Virus record (IMG/VR): IMGVR_UViG_3300046804_005146
Coordinates: 1-64,000 of that record
DNA from: a virus
Direction: 5' to 3' (one strand)
Length of the DNA stretch: 64,000 bases
Shown: piece by piece, positions 49,124-57,994 of the stretch
Numbering within the stretch: the first letter of the stretch is position 1
Layout: each line of letters opens with the position of its first letter
Notes under the pieces: generated by a model
Told to the model about the DNA's origin: nothing
The model's input: only the letters and a program-made list of their open reading frames with translations
Databases searched by the model: none
Translations under genes and position numbers: made by a program

Positions 49124-50221
49124 ATGGAAAAAGACATTGACGAAATTTTAGGTGAAATAGATAAGATTAATCCGTATGCTTCCTATCTTAATGAAGGAGC
49201 ATTATCTAATGTAGATGGTTGGATTGACACAGGGTCAATGGTCTTGAACGGATTAGTTTCTGGTTCCCTCTTCGGAGGTGTACCTAAGAGTAGACTTACA
49301 ATGTTTGCAGGGCCGTCTATGACTGGTAAGTCTTATATTGTTCAAAAAATTCTAGCAGCAGCTCAAAAAGACGGTTTAGTTCCTGTTATCTTTGATAGTG
49401 AAAATGCAATTGATAAAGACGGAGCTGCTGCTCTTGGTTTAGATACTAGTAGAGTAAAATATGTTCCTACTTTTAGTATTGAAGAGTGTAGAAACACCAT
49501 TTACAACTTTTTAACTAAAGCTAAAGAGAAGGGACAAACAGGTAAATTCATTATTGCAATTGATTCACTAGGTAATATGGAGAGTGAATTGCAGATCAAC
49601 AGAATGGAAAAGCAGAGTACCAGTGCAGATATGGGCAGTAGAGCTAAAGCAGTTAAGTCTTTACTTAGAACTTGCACTCAGTTAGCTGCTATTACCAAGA
49701 CTACTATACTTTGCACTAATCATATCTACGAAGATCCTAGTGCAATGTTCCCGTCATTAGTAAAAGAGATGCCAGGTGGTAGAGCTGCAGTGTATTTACC
49801 ATCTGTAACAGTACAACTTGCAAGAAAGCCAATGAAAGAAGACAATCATATTGATTCTAAACTTGCAGTTGGTCAAAAAAGTTACCCCGGTGTTATTTTA
49901 CGTGCATTAACTGCTAAGAATCGGTTTGTTAAACAGTATCTAGAAGGTGAGATGTATCTAAGTTTTGAAAGTGGTTTAGCTAAGTACTACGGTCTTCTAG
50001 AACTTGCAGTTGGGTTTGGTGTGTTGCAACAGTCTGGTAGTACATATACCAAAGCTGACGGTGAAAAGATCGGTCAATACGGTAGATGGAAAGATGATAC
50101 TGAAATCTGGGACAAGTATATTGTACCTGGTATTGAAGATAAGATTAAAGTAGAGTGGAAATATGGTCAAAACAATAGTCAGAGAGACGAAGTGCCTGAT
50201 GAGGTGGAAGAAAATGAATAA
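49124..50221 (+). CDS. uvsX: RecA-like recombinase UvsX
   Basis: IDTGS, GPSMTGKS, DSE, IDSLG, NHIY, GG, KNRF. Confidence 0.92.
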   Translation: MEKDIDEILGEIDKINPYASYLNEGALSNVDGWIDTGSMVLNGLVSGSLFGGVPKSRLTMFAGPSMTGKSYIVQKILAAAQKDGLVPVIFDSENAIDKDGAAALGLDTSRVKYVPTFSIEECRNTIYNFLTKAKEKGQTGKFIIAIDSLGNMESELQINRMEKQSTSADMGSRAKAVKSLLRTCTQLAAITKTTILCTNHIYEDPSAMFPSLVKEMPGGRAAVYLPSVTVQLARKPMKEDNHIDSKLAVGQKSYPGVILRALTAKNRFVKQYLEGEMYLSFESGLAKYYGLLELAVGFGVLQQSGSTYTKADGEKIGQYGRWKDDTEIWDKYIVPGIEDKIKVEWKYGQNNSQRDEVPDEVEENE

Positions 50222-50981
50222 TATATTGAACGAAACAAAAAAGTTAGTATTATCTTTTAGCGGTGGTATGGATTCAACTGTACTACTTTATATGGCAGCT
50301 AATATGGGTTATAATGACATTTATACCTTATCGTTTAATTACGGTCAAAGGCACCATAAAGAGCTTAAATGCATGAAGAAACAACTTAAGACTATTACTA
50401 AAAAGTACCCTGATGTTAAAGTGAGTAATAAAATTGTAGATGTTTCGTATATTAAGGATATTGCTATTAATTCATCATTAACTAACCATGCATTAGCTAA
50501 TCCAAACGTCAAAGAAATGGCAGGAGATGCTCAACCAGTATCATATGTGCCATTTAGAAATATGATGTTTTTATCTATTGCATGCTCTTATGCAGAATCA
50601 GTAGGATGTGATGATGTATGGTATGGAGCTGCTCAAGCAGATTCTTTAGCAGGTTATTGGGACGGTAGTCAAGAGTTTATAGCTTCTGTAAATGAAACTA
50701 TTTCTCTTAATAGAAAAAGTAAGATTAAAATATCTGCACCTCTTTTAGTAATGTCGAAAAAGAGAATAGTAGAAGAAGGTATTAAATTAGGTGTTAACTT
50801 TGAAGACACTTGGACATGCTATTCAAACAGAGATGATGGATTAGCAGATGCTGATACACCGTCAAGTAGTTTAAGATTACGTGGTTTTATAGAAGCAGGT
50901 TATCGTGACCCTATTCAATACGTTCAACAAAAGAAGTTAAACGAGATTTATAAGCAAAAAGATTGTAAATCAATAACCTAA
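50214..50981 (+). CDS. queC: 7-cyano-7-deazaguanine synthase
   Basis: SGGMDS, FNYGQRH, YVPFRNMMF, TWTCY; start moved to ATG 50214. Confidence 0.92.
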   Translation: MNNILNETKKLVLSFSGGMDSTVLLYMAANMGYNDIYTLSFNYGQRHHKELKCMKKQLKTITKKYPDVKVSNKIVDVSYIKDIAINSSLTNHALANPNVKEMAGDAQPVSYVPFRNMMFLSIACSYAESVGCDDVWYGAAQADSLAGYWDGSQEFIASVNETISLNRKSKIKISAPLLVMSKKRIVEEGIKLGVNFEDTWTCYSNRDDGLADADTPSSSLRLRGFIEAGYRDPIQYVQQKKLNEIYKQKDCKSIT

Positions 50982-52328
50982 ACCGTATTTACGATCTACA
51001 CGGTGGTTATTCTGTTGTTTACGTCTAAAAGCTTCTACCATTTGTTTGTTTATTTGTTCGTTAGATAGCTTTATGACAACCTCAACAGGTTTATTTTGAG
51101 TTTGTGGTTTAACTTTTTGCATACATTTAGAACATTTGCAACCATGTACACATGGTATTTCTTCTTCATCTTCTGAATCCCAATCAGAAGACCCGCCACT
51201 GACTCTGTAACGTCTATCATTATCATCATCTTTAAAGAAGTCATCACTATCTTCTAGATCTTCAGTCTCTGGTTCTGGTGGTAATTCTTCGATATCACCT
51301 GGTTCTTCAGGGATTTTAGAATAATCTGGTTCAGTAGAAAATACTTTTGGTGGGGTTTCTCCCTTTTTAGGTTCTTTTGTTATATCATAAACAAAGATTT
51401 CACCAACATTTTCTGGCTTTATTTGATCAATAGTAATATCACCACTACCAACCCCCTTTAGGTTAATTCTGTACTGATAATTACCTACTTCAGCTTCAAA
51501 TATATTAAAACCACTTACGCCTCTCATTAAAAACTTTATTTCATCATCTGGTTGCAGATTTTTCTTCAATGTATCGTAAGCGTCTGTACCAGGTGTAAAC
51601 TTTGTAGGTTCCTTTTCAGTAGCTACATCTATCACTTCTTCTCTTGTAGATAAATCTCTTTTACCAGTTTCTGGATTTATAGGTTTATTTTTAGCTGGAG
51701 TAAGCTCTCTTAAAGCAGCAGCAGTATTTAAAAATACTACCAATCTACTATCATCATACCCTTCTTCTTTTTCTTCGATATAATTATTAAACTCTTTATG
51801 AATATCTTCTAAAAATTTAGAAGGATCTTTTTGAGATACAATCATCTTATCAAACAAATGATTTACATCTGTACCAAACATTTTTCTGGTAAAGATTAAC
51901 TTTGCACTTTCTATATCATCTAAATTTAAATCCTTTATTTTTAAATTCTTTTGATCATTCCCTTTAAGTTTAAATTCATATCTATTACTACCAAAACGAA
52001 CAAAATAAACAGTATCACCATCTTCATCTACATCTCTAACTAGCCTTTTTTCAGGCTTTTCCATAGAAACTACATCAGTTAAAGCTTCTTCTGGTGAAAT
52101 GTCTCTTTCCGTCTTATAATCATTTGGTAAGTCTTCTATATGTTTGTCTTGAAGAAACTGGTAAAATAATAGTCTAGCATCTCTATAAGGAGTACCAATA
52201 TTGAGCTTCTTCATCTTGCTCATTGCATTTTTTAATATAGGAGCAGTATTTTCATTTAAAATGGTATATGCAGATTCATTCAAAACAGCAGTTTTTTGAA
52301 CCCAGCTACAACTAAATAGACTATTCAT
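50970..52328 (-). CDS. Acidic late protein with internal domain duplication
   Basis: 452 aa; TAAATA 7 nt upstream; two similar beta-rich units; CVHGCKCSKC. Confidence 0.7.
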   Translation of the reverse strand: MNSLFSCSWVQKTAVLNESAYTILNENTAPILKNAMSKMKKLNIGTPYRDARLLFYQFLQDKHIEDLPNDYKTERDISPEEALTDVVSMEKPEKRLVRDVDEDGDTVYFVRFGSNRYEFKLKGNDQKNLKIKDLNLDDIESAKLIFTRKMFGTDVNHLFDKMIVSQKDPSKFLEDIHKEFNNYIEEKEEGYDDSRLVVFLNTAAALRELTPAKNKPINPETGKRDLSTREEVIDVATEKEPTKFTPGTDAYDTLKKNLQPDDEIKFLMRGVSGFNIFEAEVGNYQYRINLKGVGSGDITIDQIKPENVGEIFVYDITKEPKKGETPPKVFSTEPDYSKIPEEPGDIEELPPEPETEDLEDSDDFFKDDDNDRRYRVSGGSSDWDSEDEEEIPCVHGCKCSKCMQKVKPQTQNKPVEVVIKLSNEQINKQMVEAFRRKQQNNHRVDRKYGLGY

Positions 52329-52350
52329 ATGTTAATATTTAATGCTGATC

Positions 52351-52378
52351 TTGATTTAAATTAGAGGTTGTCTATAAT
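52351..52378 (+). promoter_or_regulatory. Sigma70-like promoter of amidotransferase-GNAT-GT operon
   Basis: TTGATT-N16-TATAAT-N6-ATG(52385). Confidence 0.7.
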
Positions 52379-52384
52379 TATGAT

Positions 52385-53047
52385 ATGTGTGGAATCTATG
52401 GTAGCACAAAGGTAAGTAAGTTTGAAATACTTGATCAAGCTAACAGACAGAGAGGTAATTTTGCATCAGGTATATATTACAGTGATGGTAAAAGCTATGA
52501 TTTTCAGAAAACAGAAGGAAGCTTTAATTGGAACAAAATACCTTTAGAAGAAGGTCTAGTTTACTTAGGCCATAATCAAGCACCTACATCCACTGAACGT
52601 GTGTTTAAAGAGCATAACAGCCATCCTTTTGTTAGAGATAACTGGATTGTAGCTCATAACGGAGTGTTAACCAATTTTGAAGAACTTAAAAGAGACTATA
52701 TACCAGATCATGAAAATGTAGTTGATAGTAGTATAATTCCAGCATTACTACTAATGTTTGAACAAAAAGCAGATGATTGTACATCTCAAGAAAAAGAACA
52801 AAATGTTATTAAAACAGTGTTAGAATTGTTAGAAGGTACGTTCGGTCTATGGATAGTTAATTTGAGGACTTTAAACATTTATATTACTAGACAAGGTAGT
52901 ACACTATTCTATGATCATAATAGTTTTAGTTCAGTAAAAGGAACTGATTTTAAAGAAATCGAAGAAGGTAGTTTATATAGATTTAACAAAAAGGGTGTAA
53001 CTAAAGTAGGTACCTTTAAATCTAAATCACCATTTTTAGAATTATGA
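52385..53047 (+). CDS. Class II (Ntn) glutamine amidotransferase, stand-alone
   Basis: MCGI nucleophile, RG..SG, GHNQAPT, HPF, AHNG, VDS. Confidence 0.88.
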   Translation: MCGIYGSTKVSKFEILDQANRQRGNFASGIYYSDGKSYDFQKTEGSFNWNKIPLEEGLVYLGHNQAPTSTERVFKEHNSHPFVRDNWIVAHNGVLTNFEELKRDYIPDHENVVDSSIIPALLLMFEQKADDCTSQEKEQNVIKTVLELLEGTFGLWIVNLRTLNIYITRQGSTLFYDHNSFSSVKGTDFKEIEEGSLYRFNKKGVTKVGTFKSKSPFLEL

Positions 53048-53514
53048 CATACGAATATTGTTACGAACCATCTCAGTCAGATAAAATGAAGATGATGGAA
53101 TTCATTTACAAGAATACAGATTCTTTTATTTTGAATACATTCGGTTATCTGTGGGAGTCAAGAAACTGGTGGGAAACATTTCCAGTTCAATTAGTGAAAA
53201 TTGATAGTGACATTATTTGTTTGCATGCCTATACTAAAAATAATAAAGCTCCTGGATTAATGAAAACTTACTACGTTGTAACTCATAAAGCTTTTAGAGG
53301 TCAAGGGTTAGCTAAAAAACTGACAATTCAATCTATAAGAGATAGCCAGTATGATTGTGAAAATTATTTTGTAAATTCAGAAGAAAATAGCCCCGGTGTA
53401 AGTTTTTATAAAAAACTTTTCAACGACAATTACACGATGACTAAGAACGAATTTGGTACTTTAGATTACAATTTTCAAGCACCGATTAAGACATTATTAT
53501 TAGAACACGCATGA
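53044..53514 (+). CDS. GNAT-family N-acyltransferase
   Basis: VVTHKAFRGQGLAKKL motif A; N..GVSFYKK motif B. Confidence 0.8.
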   Translation: MTYEYCYEPSQSDKMKMMEFIYKNTDSFILNTFGYLWESRNWWETFPVQLVKIDSDIICLHAYTKNNKAPGLMKTYYVVTHKAFRGQGLAKKLTIQSIRDSQYDCENYFVNSEENSPGVSFYKKLFNDNYTMTKNEFGTLDYNFQAPIKTLLLEHA

Positions 53515-54191
53515 ATAAGCTAATCATTTACACAGTATCAGCTAAACCTAACGATAAAATAGGTAAAACCCCTATTGCTAAATCACTAGATGACCATTAT
53601 TTTGATTTCAAAGCTAATAATACAGAATCACTGTCAAAAGTATATAATAAAGCCATAGAACATTACTCTCAAAAAGATTACACATATCTAGTTTTAGTCC
53701 ATGATGATGTTTATATTAATTGTAAAGATTTTTATCAAAGAGTAGAAAAATATCTAAACACATACACTGTATTTGGATTAGCGGGAAATACAGAAGCAAC
53801 CATAACAGAGCCAACTTTATGGCATTTAATGGGTGGTAGACATGAACTAGTTGGTTGTGTTGCTCACGGTACCCCGGAAAAATATTATTACACTTCTTTC
53901 GGACCATTACCAAAAAGAGCATTAATGATTGACGGTGTAATGATTGGTATTAATCTTAAAAAATTACCAAAGCAAGTTAGATTTGATGAGAATTGCCCAG
54001 CAAGATTTCATTTTTATGATTTAATTTTCTCAATGGAATGCGCTCTTAACAAAGTGCCAGTTGGAGTAGTGGATGTACCTATCATTCATGAATCACCTGG
54101 CTTGAGAGAGTATACAGATGAATGGAAAAAAGGTCAGGAATACTTTTTAACCAAGTATAATAAATTTAAAGGCAAGACTTTAAGACTTTGA
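53511..54191 (+). CDS. GT-A glycosyltransferase-like
   Basis: SLSKVYNKAI, LVHDDV, IDGV, FHFYD, HESPG. Confidence 0.75.
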   Translation: MNKLIIYTVSAKPNDKIGKTPIAKSLDDHYFDFKANNTESLSKVYNKAIEHYSQKDYTYLVLVHDDVYINCKDFYQRVEKYLNTYTVFGLAGNTEATITEPTLWHLMGGRHELVGCVAHGTPEKYYYTSFGPLPKRALMIDGVMIGINLKKLPKQVRFDENCPARFHFYDLIFSMECALNKVPVGVVDVPIIHESPGLREYTDEWKKGQEYFLTKYNKFKGKTLRL

Positions 54192-54219
54192 TTGTCTAAT
54201 ATTGTATCTATAATAAAGT

Positions 54220-55548
54220 ATGGATTTGAAACTGAATCTAGATGAGTATGAAAATGTGATTGTATATAAATCACTTACAGATGATAGATATTTGGCTACT
54301 ATTATAGGTCATATTAATCCTTCTTACTTTAAAGACAAAAATATTAAGCATATCTTTGAAATTATTAAGTCATTTTACTTAAAACGCAATGCAGTACCTA
54401 CTATAACTGAACTAAAATCATATATCAATAGTGGTGAACTTAAAGAAGCTTTTAAAGTAGTTATACGTAATTTTTCTAATATAGATAAAAACTTAAATCC
54501 AGAAGAATTAATTGAAAATACAGAGAGATACTTAAAAGAAAGAGCTATTTACCATACAATGTTGGATATTGCTGAAGATGTTGGAAATGGTAAAATAGAT
54601 ACAGGGTTTATTTTAGATAAATTTGAAAAAAGTTGCAATGTCAATTTAAAGACTGATGTTGGCTTAGATTTGTTTAAAAACTTTGATAAAGTTGTAGATG
54701 ACTTAAACGTTGCTCAACCTGTAATATCTAGTGGGTGGGGTTGGTTAGATGAAAAACTAGATGGAGGTTTTCTTCAAAATGGTAGAGCAATTTATATTTT
54801 TGCAGGTGAGACTAACGTTGGTAAGAGTATCTTTCTTGGAAACATAGCTAGTAATATTGCATTGCAAGGTAAAACAGTACTACTCATATCACTAGAAATG
54901 AGTGAGTTAATTTACGCAAGAAGACTATCATCTAACATTACGAAGATACCTATCAGAGAGTTGAAGTCAGAGGTAACTACCTTGAAGCAGCAAATAGACG
55001 AGGTTAGTCAAGAAAATCCTAATTGCAAAATTCTTATTAAAGAGTTTCCTCCAAGTACAGTTACTTCAAATCAAATTAAATCTTTTATAACTGGTATTTT
55101 AACTAAAGGTGTAAAAATTGATGCTGTTGTGTTGGATTACGTCAATCTACTTAAAGGTAACTCAGGGGTCAATAGTTACGAGAGAATTAAAGAAGTTACC
55201 GAACAAGTTAGAGCTTTAAGTTATGTTTTTAATTGCCCGTTTATTACAGCAACTCAATTGAATAGATCTGGGTATGATGTCAATAACCCAGGTCTTGAAA
55301 CAATCGGTGAAAGTATAGGGTTAGCAGCTACTGCTGATGTTATTATTAGTATCTTTCAAGATGATGAAGACAAGGAGCTCGGGGTAGTCAAGATTGGTAT
55401 GATGAAAAATCGTTTCGGTGCTAATTTTGGAACTGTTTCAATGAAAATAGATTATAGTACATTGACTATTACAGAAGATGAAAGTCTTAATCAAGATGGA
55501 GATATGGACGATTTGAATAGTACTCTTCAAAAATTGAGTAAAAGTTGA
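54220..55548 (+). CDS. Replicative helicase gp41/DnaB-like
   Basis: GETNVGKS, SLEM, LDYVNL, TATQLNR, KNRFG. Confidence 0.94.
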   Translation: MDLKLNLDEYENVIVYKSLTDDRYLATIIGHINPSYFKDKNIKHIFEIIKSFYLKRNAVPTITELKSYINSGELKEAFKVVIRNFSNIDKNLNPEELIENTERYLKERAIYHTMLDIAEDVGNGKIDTGFILDKFEKSCNVNLKTDVGLDLFKNFDKVVDDLNVAQPVISSGWGWLDEKLDGGFLQNGRAIYIFAGETNVGKSIFLGNIASNIALQGKTVLLISLEMSELIYARRLSSNITKIPIRELKSEVTTLKQQIDEVSQENPNCKILIKEFPPSTVTSNQIKSFITGILTKGVKIDAVVLDYVNLLKGNSGVNSYERIKEVTEQVRALSYVFNCPFITATQLNRSGYDVNNPGLETIGESIGLAATADVIISIFQDDEDKELGVVKIGMMKNRFGANFGTVSMKIDYSTLTITEDESLNQDGDMDDLNSTLQKLSKS

Positions 55549-55583
55549 ATATGTGGGAGCTTAACTAAATAGTTAAAGCTCAT

Positions 55584-55880
55584 ATGTCAAGAGAACAAGA
55601 TTTAATGCGAATGCCGCATGCTTTTATTGAAGATGAAGAGCTATCCCATGCATTTTATTCTTTTTGCACATTTTGTTACTTGTATTACGGTAAAAAGATA
55701 AATTTTGCTACTATCTTTACAAAGATATTACAAGAAGAAAAACTAAAAACTCTATATAAAATGTCAATTGCTGAGCCTAGCGATTTTGAAGCATTGAAAA
55801 TTTTTATAATGTTTGAGCCTTCAATTACTAAAAGCAAATACATTACAAAAATAATTAATAAAGGTCAGATTTTTAAGTAA
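55584..55880 (+). CDS. Hypothetical protein
   Basis: 98 aa ORF. Confidence 0.6.
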   Translation: MSREQDLMRMPHAFIEDEELSHAFYSFCTFCYLYYGKKINFATIFTKILQEEKLKTLYKMSIAEPSDFEALKIFIMFEPSITKSKYITKIINKGQIFK

Positions 55881-55898
55881 AACACTCTATAATTAGGT

Positions 55899-56546
55899 GT
55901 GACGTTACAAGAGAAGTACATTTACAATTGTTACTTAGAAACATCGCGTAAACTGAATGATAAGCCGTTCAGATATAGGAAAGATTTTGATGGGTTTGAA
56001 GATAAAGAAGAATACATCTACATTAATAAGTTAGGACTGCTTTTTAAAAAGTTTCCTAATTTAAACATTAAAGATTTTTTTGAAGCTCCATTTTTTGTTT
56101 ACAATGAAAAATATTTTGATTTGAAGTTTTACACTTCTCAAAGAGCTATCAAAGCGTATACAATTTATCAATCAAAATTTTTGCTTGATACTCCAGATCA
56201 TGAGCAGGTAATTGAAAAAATTAAAGACAGCTACAAATTTATATACAAGTTTTGTAAAGAAAACTCTATTGTAATTGAAAAGTACGTTGAATATAAAAAT
56301 GAAAAAAATAACGTACACGACTTTCTTATTCACTTGAAAGATAGAAAAGTGTCATTATACTGTCTTTTTACTTTTCCAAACTTTGATAAAATTTTACGTG
56401 AATATGACAACGAAACTAAAAAATTTCTATTTGGCGATACTCTTCAAAATCTCAATTTTTATCGGACGAAGTATTACAGTAGTTCGAGAGCTAAAAAATT
56501 GTGTACATTGATATACGAAGGGTTGATTTCTAAGCAAAATGGCTAA
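55899..56546 (+). CDS. Possible gp59-like helicase loader
   Basis: 215 aa, directly before gp32; IYNCYL..FEDKEEYIYINKL loosely resembles gp59 N-terminus. Confidence 0.4.
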   Translation: MTLQEKYIYNCYLETSRKLNDKPFRYRKDFDGFEDKEEYIYINKLGLLFKKFPNLNIKDFFEAPFFVYNEKYFDLKFYTSQRAIKAYTIYQSKFLLDTPDHEQVIEKIKDSYKFIYKFCKENSIVIEKYVEYKNEKNNVHDFLIHLKDRKVSLYCLFTFPNFDKILREYDNETKKFLFGDTLQNLNFYRTKYYSSSRAKKLCTLIYEGLISKQNG

Positions 56547-56576
56547 ATATCTTTTTTCTAAACTTCTAAATTTCTT

Positions 56577-57440
56577 ATGACTAATATGATTAATAATAAT
56601 ATATTCCAAAGCATTAAAAACGCACTATCTAAAGATACTAATAATTCGTCTCTAGGCGAGATTATTAAAATGGAGCCAGGTAACACTTACACTGTTAGAT
56701 TGTTGCCAGCTAAAGATGCAGATAAGACATTCTTTCATTATTATCAGCATGGTTGGAATAGTTTTGCAAACGGACAATATGTAGGAGCATTGAGTCTTCA
56801 GACATTTGGTGAACGTGATCCTATTGCAGAAGAGCGTTATCGTATTATTCGTACCGGCTCTGATGCAGATAAGAAGAAGGCTGAAACTATTAAGAGAGCA
56901 GAGAAGTGGTTGGTTAACGTTTATGTCGTTAACGATCCGGTTACTCCTGAGAACAATGGTAAAGTTAAGATTATGCGTTATGGTAAGCAGCTTCATACTA
57001 TTATTCAGGACGCTATTAGCGGTGAGTCTGCAGAAGATTTCGGTCCTAGAGTATTTGATCTCGGACCTAACGGTGTTAATCTGAAGGTAAAAGTAGAGAA
57101 GCAAGGCGAATATCCTTCATACGTTACATCGAAGTTTGCTATGCCTTCAGAGATTAAAGACTTGACTGAGGAAAAGGCAAAGAAGGTTTATGAAAGTGTC
57201 TTTGATCTTACTAAAGTGTTTCAAGTAAGAAGTACTGATGAGCTCAAACAGATGCTAGCAGAGCATTTCTATTGCGTTGATACAAAGGCTACTGATGATG
57301 TTGAAGAAGAAGCTCCTGTAGTTAAGCCAGTTGCTAAAGTTCAATCTAAGCCAGAAGTTAAGCCAGCTGCAAAAAGAGCTAGCGTAGACGATGAAGATGA
57401 GGTAGAGAAGTTGTTAGCAGATCTAGACGTTAATTCTTAA
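56577..57440 (+). CDS. ssDNA-binding protein gp32-like
   Basis: VRLLP, HGW, DPIAE, NVYVVNDP..PENNGKVKI..YGK, acidic tail. Confidence 0.9.
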   Translation: MTNMINNNIFQSIKNALSKDTNNSSLGEIIKMEPGNTYTVRLLPAKDADKTFFHYYQHGWNSFANGQYVGALSLQTFGERDPIAEERYRIIRTGSDADKKKAETIKRAEKWLVNVYVVNDPVTPENNGKVKIMRYGKQLHTIIQDAISGESAEDFGPRVFDLGPNGVNLKVKVEKQGEYPSYVTSKFAMPSEIKDLTEEKAKKVYESVFDLTKVFQVRSTDELKQMLAEHFYCVDTKATDDVEEEAPVVKPVAKVQSKPEVKPAAKRASVDDEDEVEKLLADLDVNS

Positions 57441-57970
57441 TGGAACAAGACCATAAAAGTTTACTAATCGGTTTAATAGGATCTACTTTTGGTGATCTTA
57501 AAAAGCTAGATGATTCTATTGTTAGTAGATCTAGTACTTTAACTCGCAGAAGTGATGATGTTAAACAAGAGTTAGTAAAAGTTATGGGTACAAACTTCAG
57601 ACCACAACCAGTGGCTGTTCCAACTAATCCAGTTATACAACCTGTGGTTCCATCGCAACCACAGGTTGTTATACCTCCACCTCAAGCAGTTACTCCACCG
57701 CAATTTATCCCTTCGACACCTGTTCCTATTGTACAAGAAGAAATAAGAGTTAATGACCCTCAACTAGAGTTCGATTTTGATAAAAAAGCTAGATATATTG
57801 AGGTCGTCGATGCATTAAAAGTAGTGGAAGTTAAGATAGATTCACTTGATAAAAAATTAGATAAAATTTTAGAAATTTTAAATTCACAGGAGCCTAAAAT
57901 TGCACGTCAACGCAAAAAAGCTACTCAACCCATTCAAGTAGAAGAGAAAAAAAAAGTCCCTGGTATTTAA
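57440..57970 (+). CDS. Pro-rich hypothetical protein
   Basis: 176 aa with DPQLEFDF and short coiled coil. Confidence 0.65.
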   Translation: MEQDHKSLLIGLIGSTFGDLKKLDDSIVSRSSTLTRRSDDVKQELVKVMGTNFRPQPVAVPTNPVIQPVVPSQPQVVIPPPQAVTPPQFIPSTPVPIVQEEIRVNDPQLEFDFDKKARYIEVVDALKVVEVKIDSLDKKLDKILEILNSQEPKIARQRKKATQPIQVEEKKKVPGI

Positions 57971-57994
57971 GACTACTGACCCTATAATGAGTCA

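Noticed and set aside
8128-55548. Inteins or introns in nrdJ, polymerase, helicases or recombinase
   Set aside because: Lengths are ordinary and I saw no intein splice motifs or split reading frames
57945-57994. A9 run at the end of 57440..57970 as a slippage site
   Set aside because: Both shifted frames stop within about 15 codons and neither joins gp45 in frame
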